Shown here piece after piece: positions 20,775 through 31,700 of a DNA stretch of 64,000 nt. This stretch comes from an uncultured cyanobacterium (GTDB lineage: Bacteria; Cyanobacteriota; Cyanobacteriia; Leptolyngbyales; Leptolyngbyaceae), in NCBI GenBank assembly GCA_963766075.1, contig CAVYAN010000072.1:160001-224000 (forward strand). Reading direction: 5' to 3'. Every line of letters starts with the position of its first letter. The stretch's first letter is position 1. The notes under the pieces are model-generated. The model worked only from the letters and a program-made list of their open reading frames with translations, ran no database searches and had not been told where the DNA came from. Both the position numbers and the translations under genes were made by a program.

Positions 20775-22340
20775 TTAAACTTTAACCGCGCTAGGAGCAT
20801 AGGCGATATCCTGGGCCAAAACCGTCTGCATCTCGGCAATCTCGGTTTGGATGGTGGGCAGAGTGGCCAAAACGCTGAGCAGCGCATCCACCTCTGCCCG
20901 GGCTAAGTGGCTGTTGTCTACCACCTCCAACGTCCAGCGGGGAGCCAGACATTGCACCAGTAATGTGATGATTTCCTGATATCCCTCCAGCTTGAGGTCA
21001 CCGCTGGCGAACTTCTTCGGATCAACTCCCCAGCGCAAAATTTTCAGCAGTTGTGCCGGAGGGGCAAGCAAAAAGTTGGACCGGGCCAGTTCCCGTACCG
21101 CATTGGCCAATCCCTGCTTCAGCTCGGCTTCGGATCGGGTGAGATCTGCGCAGAGCGCTTGAAGACTCGCCATTTGGGTGTCCAGGACCGCAACGTCGAA
21201 GGGCACCATGGCCCCATCAATCATGTCTTGCGAGGTGGGAATGGTGGCGTTATAGCTGGTTTCTAAAGCGTTGATTAACGTGTTGATGTCAATCTGGTCA
21301 TCCCAATTGACCTGACCCAGGAAGAACGATTCTTCATACCCCGGTTGCACGCCCTGGAAGTAAATGGGAATCGGCTGCCCCGACTGCAAAATTTTGTAGA
21401 GAGCCACTTCTAGGCTTTCGGTGGGCCAGCCCAGATTCCGCACCAGCAAGAAGCGCAGGTGATCGGGCGCAGAGAGCACAAGGGCATTTAGCATCAGGGC
21501 CACGGCTTCCCCGACGTTTTGGCCCGCCACATAGCGATCGGGCGCATGGACATTGACCAAAATGCCTTCGTTAACCTTGGCGGTGATTTGCTCATTCATC
21601 AAGCTGTTGTCCAGCATGTGGGTAAAGCGCACCATGCCATAGCGCACCTTGCCCGTCTGGACGGCTTGGGCAAAGAGCCACTCGGCCATCTTTTTCGAGG
21701 CGGCATAAATCTCAGCCGTAAAGTAGCGCGAGGCTTTGCCCGTGGAGGAAAAGATACACTGCTCGACGCCAAAGGCTTCACAAAGCTGGATCACATTTTG
21801 TGTGCCGAAGACATTGCTGGTGATGGTTTCCCGCACTTGTTTTTCGGCGAGTCCAGGTTGGCGTTGGGCGGCAGCATGGAAAACTAGACTAGGCCGCTCT
21901 GCGATAAAAATTGCTTCCAAGGCCGCAAAATCCCGAATGTCCGCGGCGTAAAGCAACACGTTGGGATGCGCCCCGCTCTGGGGCGCGGATGCCTGAGTCC
22001 CACAGCGAACATGATCAACAGAAATAATGCGGGCGGCATCCAACGCCACCAGTTTGTTGATTAGATGCGCCCCGACGCAACCTTCTCCACCGGTAACCAG
22101 GATGGTTTTGCCAGCGACCTGGGGCCGAATTTCCGTTTCGTATAGGTAGACAGGGCGCGTCCAGGCATCGTAAAAGGGATCTTCTGCCAGTCGCCCAGAG
22201 GATTGGTAGGCATGGATCAAGTCTTGGGTGAGGGCAGCAAGCTGGCGCAGGATATCAGGTTCTGTAGGCGCGGGGGAACCGGGCGGCACCAGCCGCTGCA
22301 TTTGCTCGATGATCTGGCCACTGGATAAAGATGTTTGCAT
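20775..22340 (-). CDS. Polysaccharide-biosynthesis NDP-sugar epimerase/dehydratase (CapD-like) with long extensions
   Basis: TGGEGCVG Rossmann motif, VFHAAA, NVFGT-N, YAASK; start uncertain. Confidence 0.8.
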   Translation of the reverse strand: MQTSLSSGQIIEQMQRLVPPGSPAPTEPDILRQLAALTQDLIHAYQSSGRLAEDPFYDAWTRPVYLYETEIRPQVAGKTILVTGGEGCVGAHLINKLVALDAARIISVDHVRCGTQASAPQSGAHPNVLLYAADIRDFAALEAIFIAERPSLVFHAAAQRQPGLAEKQVRETITSNVFGTQNVIQLCEAFGVEQCIFSSTGKASRYFTAEIYAASKKMAEWLFAQAVQTGKVRYGMVRFTHMLDNSLMNEQITAKVNEGILVNVHAPDRYVAGQNVGEAVALMLNALVLSAPDHLRFLLVRNLGWPTESLEVALYKILQSGQPIPIYFQGVQPGYEESFFLGQVNWDDQIDINTLINALETSYNATIPTSQDMIDGAMVPFDVAVLDTQMASLQALCADLTRSEAELKQGLANAVRELARSNFLLAPPAQLLKILRWGVDPKKFASGDLKLEGYQEIITLLVQCLAPRWTLEVVDNSHLARAEVDALLSVLATLPTIQTEIAEMQTVLAQDIAYAPSAVKV

Positions 22341-22920
22341 TGCCAATAATGGGGTGAGTGTCCGGAAGGGTGCAGGGAAACGTAGCGTTAGGCTGTTCCA
22401 CAAATGGGCAGCTCTAGAAATGAGCAGCTCCGGGGATGGATAGCCCTAGATTATCGGTCGTTTGACTCAGTTAATCGGTGGTTAATCGATCGTTAATCAG
22501 TCGTTTTGCGGATTGACTGGTTTCGTTGCCTATGCAGGTTGAGCTCTCCATCTGAGTAATTAGCATCATACGGAGAGTAACGGGCATTTTCATGCTGTGG
22601 GGTTCCGGATCTCGTGAAATCTTTAAAAAGAGCGCGCCGGAAATGGGCTAAAAGTTCATGAGCAAAGATTCTTGGGAAAAGATTAAGAAGTATTGATTTC
22701 AATTCACGATAATTTACATTGCTATACGGGTATGAATGCCTTGGGACCCTATGGAATCTCGGTGATTGCCGAATCTAGGTCTTGATTTGACCCAAGCGCT
22801 CACCGAAATTTCGGTGTTTCTAGGTGTTTAGCAAAGCAGCATGGAAGTGCTAGCGTTTCAGGCTGGGGCTTTCTATGTGCGGTGGTTCTGTTGTTGTTGT
22901 GTCTGGTCGGTAAACTATAC

Positions 22921-23460
22921 ATGCAGCGGTTACGTGGGGAAGATTTGTGCACTCAGTATGCCCAAGGGGAGCGATCGTTTCTCAAGGTGGATTTACGGGA
23001 AGGGGAGCTGTTTGAAGCCGCTTTGCCGGGGGTTGATTTAGCGGGGAGTGATCTCAGTGGGGCGCATTTGCCCTATGCCAACTTGAGTCAGGCGAACCTC
23101 GGCTGTGTTCAACTGGTCAATGCTGAGATGGGGGATGTGCAACTTTGGCAGTCTAATCTGGCAGGGGCCAATCTACAGGGAGCCAATTTGTGTCGCGCTA
23201 ATTTGCGCTTTGCCAATTTACAGGGAGCGGACCTGAGGGGCGCGAATCTAGCCGGGGCGGATTTAACCCATGCCAATCTGACCGGCAGCTTGCTGTGTGC
23301 AGCAGATTTAAGCCGTAGCAATTTAAAGAACGCCCAGTTCCATGGGGCGAATCTGAGCGGGGCCAATTTATTCCGGGCCCTGCATGTTCAGATTGAGCAG
23401 GCACAAACCGATGGACTGACTGTGTTTCCGGATGGGCATCAGCGGGGCAACGGGGCCTAA
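22921..23460 (+). CDS. Pentapeptide-repeat protein
   Basis: Y-QGER-F start and tandem A(N/D)LxG repeats. Confidence 0.9.
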   Translation: MQRLRGEDLCTQYAQGERSFLKVDLREGELFEAALPGVDLAGSDLSGAHLPYANLSQANLGCVQLVNAEMGDVQLWQSNLAGANLQGANLCRANLRFANLQGADLRGANLAGADLTHANLTGSLLCAADLSRSNLKNAQFHGANLSGANLFRALHVQIEQAQTDGLTVFPDGHQRGNGA

Positions 23461-24446
23461 TCCTGCGTAAAGACTTGGCCGAGGGCGGCGGGAGGAGTGC
23501 TCCGGATGGTATGGGCCGCGGCCCGGTTTAGGGCGGGGGGAAGCAGTTTTAAGAGCGTGTCTAAGCCATCGCTGGAGGTGAGCACAAGGAAGAGGATCAT
23601 CAGAATAAAGGGAGCGATGGTGAAAACTTGGGTGGGCACATTGGGGATGGTGCTTTGGGCGACGCTGGCCAGGGATTGGAGGATGCCAAAGAAGTAGCAA
23701 CTGATGGCCACCCGCAGGGGATTCCACCCGCCAAAGATGACGATCGCCAAGGCAATCCAGCCATAGCCTGCGGTATGACGATAGCTCCAGCCGGCTTTGA
23801 AGTCGAGGGCAAAGGCAGCTCCGGCCAGACCAATCAGCGCCCCGCCGACCACAGTGTAGACGTAGCGCATCAAAATCACGTTGGTGCCACGGGCAAAGGC
23901 GGCGGCGGGTTGTTCGCCGATCGCCCGCAGCATTAAGCCCGCCCGCGTGCGGTAAAAGTATAGCCACGCTAGGGCAATCAAGCCATAGCTGATGTAGACC
24001 AACAGATCACTTTGGAAGAACATTGGTCCCAGGATCGGCAGATCTCGCAGCAGCGGCAGGGAAAAACTGGGCACCGTGGGACCAGGAATCCGGACAAAGG
24101 CATTGCCCAGAAAAGCCGAGAGGTCGCCACAGAGCATGGCCAAGACAAACCCGATCGCCACTTGGGATTGTTTGAGCGTTAAGGCTCCAAAGGCAACCAC
24201 CAGCGCAACTAAGGCTCCCACGGCAGCGGCACTGCTAAACCCCAACACTAAGCTGAGGATACCCAGACTTTCAGTGGTTTTGGCGACGGCAAACCCGGTC
24301 ATGGCCGCCAGGAGAATGGTGCCTTCCGCCGATAGATTAATCACGCCAGCGCGCTCGGTAATGGTTTCGCCCAGGCAGGCGAAAATGAGGGGGGTGGAGG
24401 TGGCGATCGCCACTGAAAAGACTGGCAATAGAGAGGGAAGACTCAT
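23457..24446 (-). CDS. Nucleoside/sugar ABC permease (NupC-like)
   Basis: GE-I-ERAGVINL-AEG, GL-LRAIGE-P, GWIALA-VIFG-WNP. Confidence 0.9.
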   Translation of the reverse strand: MSLPSLLPVFSVAIATSTPLIFACLGETITERAGVINLSAEGTILLAAMTGFAVAKTTESLGILSLVLGFSSAAAVGALVALVVAFGALTLKQSQVAIGFVLAMLCGDLSAFLGNAFVRIPGPTVPSFSLPLLRDLPILGPMFFQSDLLVYISYGLIALAWLYFYRTRAGLMLRAIGEQPAAAFARGTNVILMRYVYTVVGGALIGLAGAAFALDFKAGWSYRHTAGYGWIALAIVIFGGWNPLRVAISCYFFGILQSLASVAQSTIPNVPTQVFTIAPFILMILFLVLTSSDGLDTLLKLLPPALNRAAAHTIRSTPPAALGQVFTQD

Positions 24447-25480
24447 GGGGTTTTCTGAAACAGCTTGAGGTGGGGGATACCGCGCCCAAAGATCACGGCA
24501 AGGACAATCAGTCCTTGGATGACTCCGGCGAGGGAGGATTCGAGGTCAAGGCTGAGGGGGAGTTGGAGGCTGCCAATGTTCAGGGCGCTGAAGCCAAAGG
24601 CAATGGGCAGGATGAGCCACGGTTGGGAACCGATGAGCATAGCGACGAGGAGCGCCAGAAAGCCTAGATTGCTGGAGATGCCGGGGATGAGGCGATGGTA
24701 GACGGCTAGAACTTGAAGGGCTCCGGCAAGTCCGGCAAAGCCCCCGCAAATGGCAAAGGCGCTGAGCAGTTGCCGAATGGAGGGAATACCAAGCACATAG
24801 GAGGCCCGCAGGTTTTGGCCGACGGCCCGCAGTTGGAGGCCAAAGTAGGTGCCGCGCATGATGATGATGGTCAGGATGAGGAGGGCGATCGCCAACCCTA
24901 AGGCCACTGGACTCGCCTCGGTATTACCAAAGGTGGGCAACCAGAGGTCGGGATTCAGTTGCTCCGTGCCGCTCATGGAGGCAACACCGGGACGCTTCCA
25001 AGGCCCAAAGATGAGATACAGCCCTAACCCATCAGCGGCAAAATTGAGGCCCAGTCCGGCAAAAATTTCGTTGACCCGGCCATAGACATTGAGCCATCCG
25101 GCCAGCAACCCCCACAGCACCCCGCCCAACCCCCCACAGAGAATCGCCAGGACAATCACCACAGGAGCCGGTAGGACGGACTCAAAAATCCGCAGGGGAA
25201 CCATGGCTGCAATAGCTCCAAACATGATTTGGCCTTCGATCCCCAGATTGTATAGCCCAGCCGTGAAGGTAAACAGCAATCCGCTGGTACATAACGTTAA
25301 CGGGGCTAAGGTGGCAATGACTCTGGCAAATTGATTGGTATTGCTAAAGGCTCCGCCGATCATGCGACTAAATACTTGAATCGGCGATGCGCCTACCCAG
25401 ATAATTAAGAGGACCACAAGGACTAGGGCAAAAATGAGACAGATGACCTGGGAATAGAGCGTTTTCGACATGGCGTGCAA
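24443..25480 (-). CDS. Nucleoside/sugar ABC permease (NupB-like)
   Basis: GLYNLGIEGQ, VNEIF, FGLQLRAVGQN, AGLAGA. Confidence 0.9.
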   Translation of the reverse strand: MHAMSKTLYSQVICLIFALVLVVLLIIWVGASPIQVFSRMIGGAFSNTNQFARVIATLAPLTLCTSGLLFTFTAGLYNLGIEGQIMFGAIAAMVPLRIFESVLPAPVVIVLAILCGGLGGVLWGLLAGWLNVYGRVNEIFAGLGLNFAADGLGLYLIFGPWKRPGVASMSGTEQLNPDLWLPTFGNTEASPVALGLAIALLILTIIIMRGTYFGLQLRAVGQNLRASYVLGIPSIRQLLSAFAICGGFAGLAGALQVLAVYHRLIPGISSNLGFLALLVAMLIGSQPWLILPIAFGFSALNIGSLQLPLSLDLESSLAGVIQGLIVLAVIFGRGIPHLKLFQKTP

Positions 25481-25797
25481 CTAAACCGATGGGGGCGTAG
25501 TGAGTTTGGGGCCGGGGCTGAAGCAGGGGTCTAAAGCGGGGAACTGAGACCTGATTATACGGGGCGTGGGTGGATTTTCAGAGTAATCCGATACGAGGGG
25601 TGACTGGGTGGTCGCTGGATTGGCCGGGAATGACCTGAAGGCGAGATTTTTGTATAATCCCGAGTATAAACAGATACTTTTTCCATAGATGAAATTTGAC
25701 TCGTAGGGAGACTACGGGTCTGGGCACCTTGAGCTGGGCACTATGAAAAAGTGGGGAAAGCCGCCCATTGCGGGTTGATGTGGAGAAGGAAAAGGCT

Positions 25798-28700
25798 ATG
25801 ACTTCGATGGCGTTGACGTTGCGTGATGTTGAATCGGCGATCGCCCCCTGCCCACCCACGGTATCGGCCAATACTCCCCTAATGGCAGCCATTTCGCTGA
25901 TGGGTGGCCAGCATGACTGCATTCTAGTAGTGGCCGATCCGCTGGTGGCTATTCCCCATGCCGAACTAACGGGCGGGGGCCTGCTGGTGGGCATTGTGAC
26001 GGCCCAGGATGTCGTTCGAGGGGTGGCGGCTGGATTGCCTGGATTGGAAAACCCCGTGGCGGCGGCGATGACCCATCCCGTCATCAGTGTGCAACGATCG
26101 GCGATCGCTTCTGGCGACAGGCTCTGGCGGGCATTCCAACAGTGCGGGGTATCCCATTTGCCCATCCTGGATGACGGAGGGCAGATTCTGGGCATCGTCA
26201 CCCAGCAAAGTTTGATCAATGCCGTCCGTTTGCCAGAAGAAACGCTACCCGAAGGAGTGCTGCCGGAAGAACCCTCACCTGCGGGGGCCTTGAATCGCAA
26301 TGAGAGCACTTACCGGACTCTCTTGCAGGCCATGCCGGATTTGCTCCTACGGACCCGATGCAATGGAACTGATATTGAGGTGCTAAGTCCAGGGAATGTA
26401 AAGGAATTTTTAGTGGCAGAGGATGCTGACAATCCTGAGGGGTATAGAACCTTGCCATCGGAGGTTGTGGCCCGTAAACGGCGCTATATCCAGCAGGCCG
26501 TGGAGACTCAGCAACTACAAGTGTTTGAACAGCAGATCGATATTGCTGGAGAACTGCGCCATGAAGAAGTCCGAGTGGCGGCCTTGGAGGACGATGAAGC
26601 ACTCGTCATTATCCGCGATATTACCGATCGCAAATCCCTAGAATTCGCGCTGTGTGAGTCCGAATCCCGGCTCAGTGACATTGTCAACAGCACGGCAGCG
26701 GCGATCTCCCGAGTCCGCTTTTTCGCGAACTACACCTGGGAGTACGAGTTTTGTTCGGCTTCCTATGAGGGCGTTTTTGGCTATAGCGGCTCAGAATTTA
26801 TGGCGGATCCCGAACTGTGGCGATCGCGGCTCTTTGCCGCCGATGGGCCGGAGATTGAAGCCAGTATGGCCGACATCTTAGCGGGGCAGAGCCGCACGGT
26901 AGAATACCGCTTTCACCACAAGGATGGTCGTCTGATCTGGATTTTCGCGAGCTTTACGTCGCGACGAGATGCGGCTACCGATTGCTGGATTGTCACAGCA
27001 ATGAGCCAAGACATCAGTGACCGCAAGGCCACGGAAGCGGCGCTGCGGACGAATGAGGGCAAGAGTCGCGCCATTTTAGCAACGATCCCCGATTTAATGT
27101 TTCGGCTGAGTGCTACCGGGGAGTACCTGGAATACTTTGGAAATCGCCATGAGCTGGATATCGTGTGTAAAGGCCAGAACCCCACCGGGCGCTTGATGAC
27201 GGAGATCTTGTCCCCGGAGCTGGCGCAACGGCAGATGGCCTGTATTCAAGAGGTGTTGGCGACTCGGCAACTCATGGTCTATGAGCAGGAAGTGCAAGTT
27301 GGCGATCGCTGGCAATACGAAGAAGTCCGGGTGGCCCCCAGTGGCGAGCAGGAAGTGCTGTTTATCATTCGGGATATTGGCGAGCGCAAACGGGCCGAGA
27401 TCACTCTGCGCCAGCAGGCCGAACGCGATCGCCTGCTGGCCCGTCTGACCCAACAGATGCGCCAGTCCCTAGAACTAGATCAAATTTTGAGCACCACGGT
27501 TACAGAAGTCCGGCACCTGCTGGAGGCCGACCGAGTATTGATTTATCGCTTTAACGCCGACTGGGGCGGCGAGATGATCGTGGAATCGGTGAGGGATCCC
27601 TGGGTTACAGCGCTGGGCACTAACCTGCGCGATCCCTGTTTTGGGGATGACTTAGTGGATCAATACCGCCAAGGCCGAATTTCCCAGATTGCCGATCTAC
27701 ACCATTCCGGATTAAGCCCGTGTCATGTGGAGCTACTGGCCCAGTTCCAAGTGCAGGCCAGTTTGGCTGTGCCGATTACCTGTGATGGGAAGTTATGGGG
27801 ACTGCTATGCGTGCATCAGTGTCAGGCGACACGGGTATGGCAGCCGGAAGAAGTGGGTTTGCTGATCCAGTTGACCGGTCAGTTGGCGATCGCCCTGCAA
27901 CAGGCGGGATTGTATCAGCAGGTCCAGCGTCTGAACACGGATTTAGAGCGCCAAGTCAACGAACGTACAGCCGCCCTGCAAGTGAGTGAGGCCCGTTTCC
28001 GCAGCATCTTTGAGCAAAGTCCCCTCGGCATTGTGATCACTAATCCCGAGGGCCGGTTGCTGACCCTAAACTCCCAGGCTTGCCAAATTACGGGCTATTC
28101 GGAGGCAGAGCGCCTCGGGGGCCATTATCTAGACCATGTGCATCCGGAGGATCGTCCGGCAGCAACGGCGCTGTTTCAGCAGGTTTTGCAGGGCACCCAG
28201 TCCCAGGGCACCCTGGAAAGCCGCTATCTCACTAAAGCGGGCGCGGTGATTTGGTTAGAGGTCACGCGGGCGGTGATTCGCGATGCGCAGGGTCAGCCGA
28301 GTGCCCTGGTGGGCATGATACAGGACATCACGGAACGGAAGGGCTTGGAGCTGTCGTTGCAACGTTCTGAGGCCAAGCTCAACCATGTGCTGAATACGGT
28401 AATCGCGGCTATTTGCAATTTTCGGGTCTATCCCGATGGCACCTGGGAATACAACTATTACTCTCCGGGCTTTGAAGACCTGTTGGGCTATACGCCAGCG
28501 GACTTGACGGCCCATAAGCACCTGTGGCGATCGCGGGTAGTGGCCGCTGATCGCAAAGCGGTGATCCAGCCCCTCTACGAGAAGATTTTGCAGGGAGAAT
28601 GCACCATCCGCTACGAATATCGGGCCTATCATCGGGATGGCCGATTGCGGTGGATTGCCGCCACGCTGACGTCGGGCTGGGATGCGGCAGCAAATTGCTG

Positions 28701-31700
28701 GATGGTGACCACAGTGGATACCGATATTAGCGATCGCAAACGTCTCGAAGCCGAACGTCTGCAAGCCCAGGAGGAACTCCAGGCCCAAAAGGACTTCCTG
28801 CAACAGGTGATGGAGTCGGTGCCCAGTGGCATCTTTGTCAAAGATGCCGCGCTGCGGATTCAGATGAGCAATCAAGCGATGGCCGAACTGTATGGCCTCC
28901 CGATTCCCGATCTCCTGGGTCGTCGTAGCCTTGAAGTGGATTCCCACCTTGATGCTGGCCAGCGGGTAGCGTTTCACCAAGAAGACCTAGAGGTCATCCA
29001 GACGGGCAAAACCCTGGTTAAACAAGACCGCTTTGTGAGGCCGAATGGGCAAGTTCGCTGGTATCAAACCACCTTGAAACCATTCTTAGATGCACAGGGA
29101 CAACCCCAGGGCCTGATTGGCAATGCGGTGGAGATTACCGATCGCAAACAGGCAGAAATGGCCCTCGCCAAGAGCGAAGCCCGCTACCGGGCGATCGTCG
29201 AAGATCAAACAGAAATCATTTGCCGGTTTTTGCCCGATGGGCGACTGCGTTTTGTTAATGAGGCGTTTTGTCGCTACTTTGGCGTGGAGCGCGAGGATGC
29301 GATCGGCCAGCCCTATCAACCCCGGATTTTTGCAGCCGATCAAGCCTATGTGGCGCAACAGATCCAGTCCATGAGTTCTACCAATCCGGTGATATTGGTG
29401 GAGAATCGGGTGGTCGCGCGGGGGGAGGTCCGTTGGACCCAGTGGAACAATCGCATGCTGTTTGACCCTGAGGGGCAGTTGCTGGAATATCAGGCGGTGG
29501 GGCGCGATATTACGGCGGCGAAGGCGGCGGAGGTGGCGCTCCAGCAGTCACAACAGCAGTATCGCAACTTGGTAAACTCCATTGATGCTGTGGTGTGGGA
29601 AGGCGATCCGCTCACTTGGCAGTTCACCTTTGTCAGTCAGCAGGCCGAGCGACTGCTGGGCTATCCCCTCACGGTCTGGCAATCCCCCAACTTTTGGTAT
29701 GACTATACCCACCCCGACGATCGCGAAAGGGTGCGGGAATTTTGCAGCCGGAATATTCAGCGGCAGCAGGACCACACCCTGGAGTTTCGGATGCTAGCGG
29801 CAGATGGTGGCATCGTCTGGATCCGCAACACGACGAACGTGATTGTGGACAATGGCCAAACCCAAAAGCTCCAAGGCTTAGTCATTGATATTAGCGATCG
29901 CAAAGCCGCTGAACTGGCCCTGAAAGAAAGCGAAATCCGCTTCCGCTGCCTCACCGAAAACGTACCGGGAATGATCTATCGCGATCACTTACGTTTAGAG
30001 GGAGATGACATGATCGAGGCGTTTAGCTACGCCAGCCCACGATGCGAAGAAATTCTGGGGATCACTGTGGAGACGTTGATGCAGGGGGGAGGGACCATCT
30101 GGCATCTGATTCATCCCGAGGATGTGGTGGGATTGCGGGAGGATATGATCCAGTGTGTCCGGCATCGGTGGCCGACCTTTTGGTCGGAATACCGGATTAT
30201 CACCCCCAGTGGGCAGCAGAAATGGCTGCAAGATCGCGCCCAAGCGACCTTTTTGGACAATGGCGATGTGATTTGGGATGGGTTGATCGAAGATATTAGC
30301 GATCGCAAAGCCGTCGAACTGGCCCTCCACCAACGCATGGAACGGGAACAGATCCTGGGGGAAATTACCCGTCACATTCGCGAATCCCTCGATCTGAGCC
30401 AGATTCTAGAAACAGCGGTCACCGAGGCACGGCAAATTTTCCAGGCGGATCGGGCGCTGATCTTTCGCCTGACTCCCAGTGGAGTGGGTGTGGTGATTCA
30501 GGAGTCCGTTTTGCCCGCTTATCCCACAACGGCGGCCATGCACTTTCCTGATGAATGTTTCCCGCCAGCCTGCTATGCCCATTATTGCCAGGGGCAGCCC
30601 CGAATTGTGCCGGATGTAACTCAGGATGAATGGGCCGGCTGTCTCCAGACGTTTATGCAATCCGTCGGCGTGCAATCTAAGCTCGTGGCTCCGATCGTCC
30701 AGCGGGATGAGCACGATCAACCCGTGGTGTGGGGATTACTCATCCTCCATGCCTGTGGCGATCGCCGTCAGTGGCAGCCCGCCGAAGCCGAATTTTTGCA
30801 GCAAATTAGTAATCAAATGGCGATCGCCATCCACCAATCCGAGCTTTACCACCAACTTCAGAACACCAACTCCCATCTGGCCCGCGCCACCCGTCTCAAG
30901 GATGAGTTTTTGGCCAACATGAGCCACGAACTGCGCACCCCCCTCAATGCCATTTTGGGATTGTCCGAGGCTCTGCAAAGCCATGCCTTTGGGCCGATCA
31001 ACCCAAAACAGCAGCAGTTTCTAACCACCATTCAATCCAGTGGCCATCACCTGCTATCCCTGATTAATGACATTTTGGACCTAGCCAAGATGGAAGCAGG
31101 CAAACTCGACTTGATGATGCATCCCGTCGCCATTCAGCACTTGTGCCAGTCCAGCCTCGTCATGGTGGAGCAACAGGCCCTCCAAAAAGGGGTAAGGCTG
31201 ATCGTCAGCCTCGATCCGAGCCTAGGCCACATCGAAGTCGATGAATTGCGCATTCGCCAAGTTTTGGTCAATCTGCTGAACAACGCCGTGAAATTTACAG
31301 CCACTGGTGGCGCAGTCTCCCTGACGGTTAGTCCCCACCCCCCAGTCGGCCCTCCTGGGATCATGCCAGACAATGCTGCCTCCAGCCCCAGCCCTCACAA
31401 CCTTGCTCCCTCGATCTATGCTCCCCTGAGCTATGTTCCCCAAGACCAAACACACTACCTCTACTTTGCCATCGAGGACACAGGCATTGGCATTGCACCG
31501 GAAGATCTGGGCAAATTATTCCAAACCTTTGTCCAATTGGACAGTGGCTTAGCACGCCATTACGAGGGCACAGGGCTAGGACTGGTGCTCGTCCAACGGA
31601 TTGTGCATCTCCATGGGGGACAGGTCACCGTGGCCAGTGTGCTCGGGCAGGGAAGTCGGTTTACGGTGGCACTACCCCGGCGACAGCGGGGAATTGCCCC

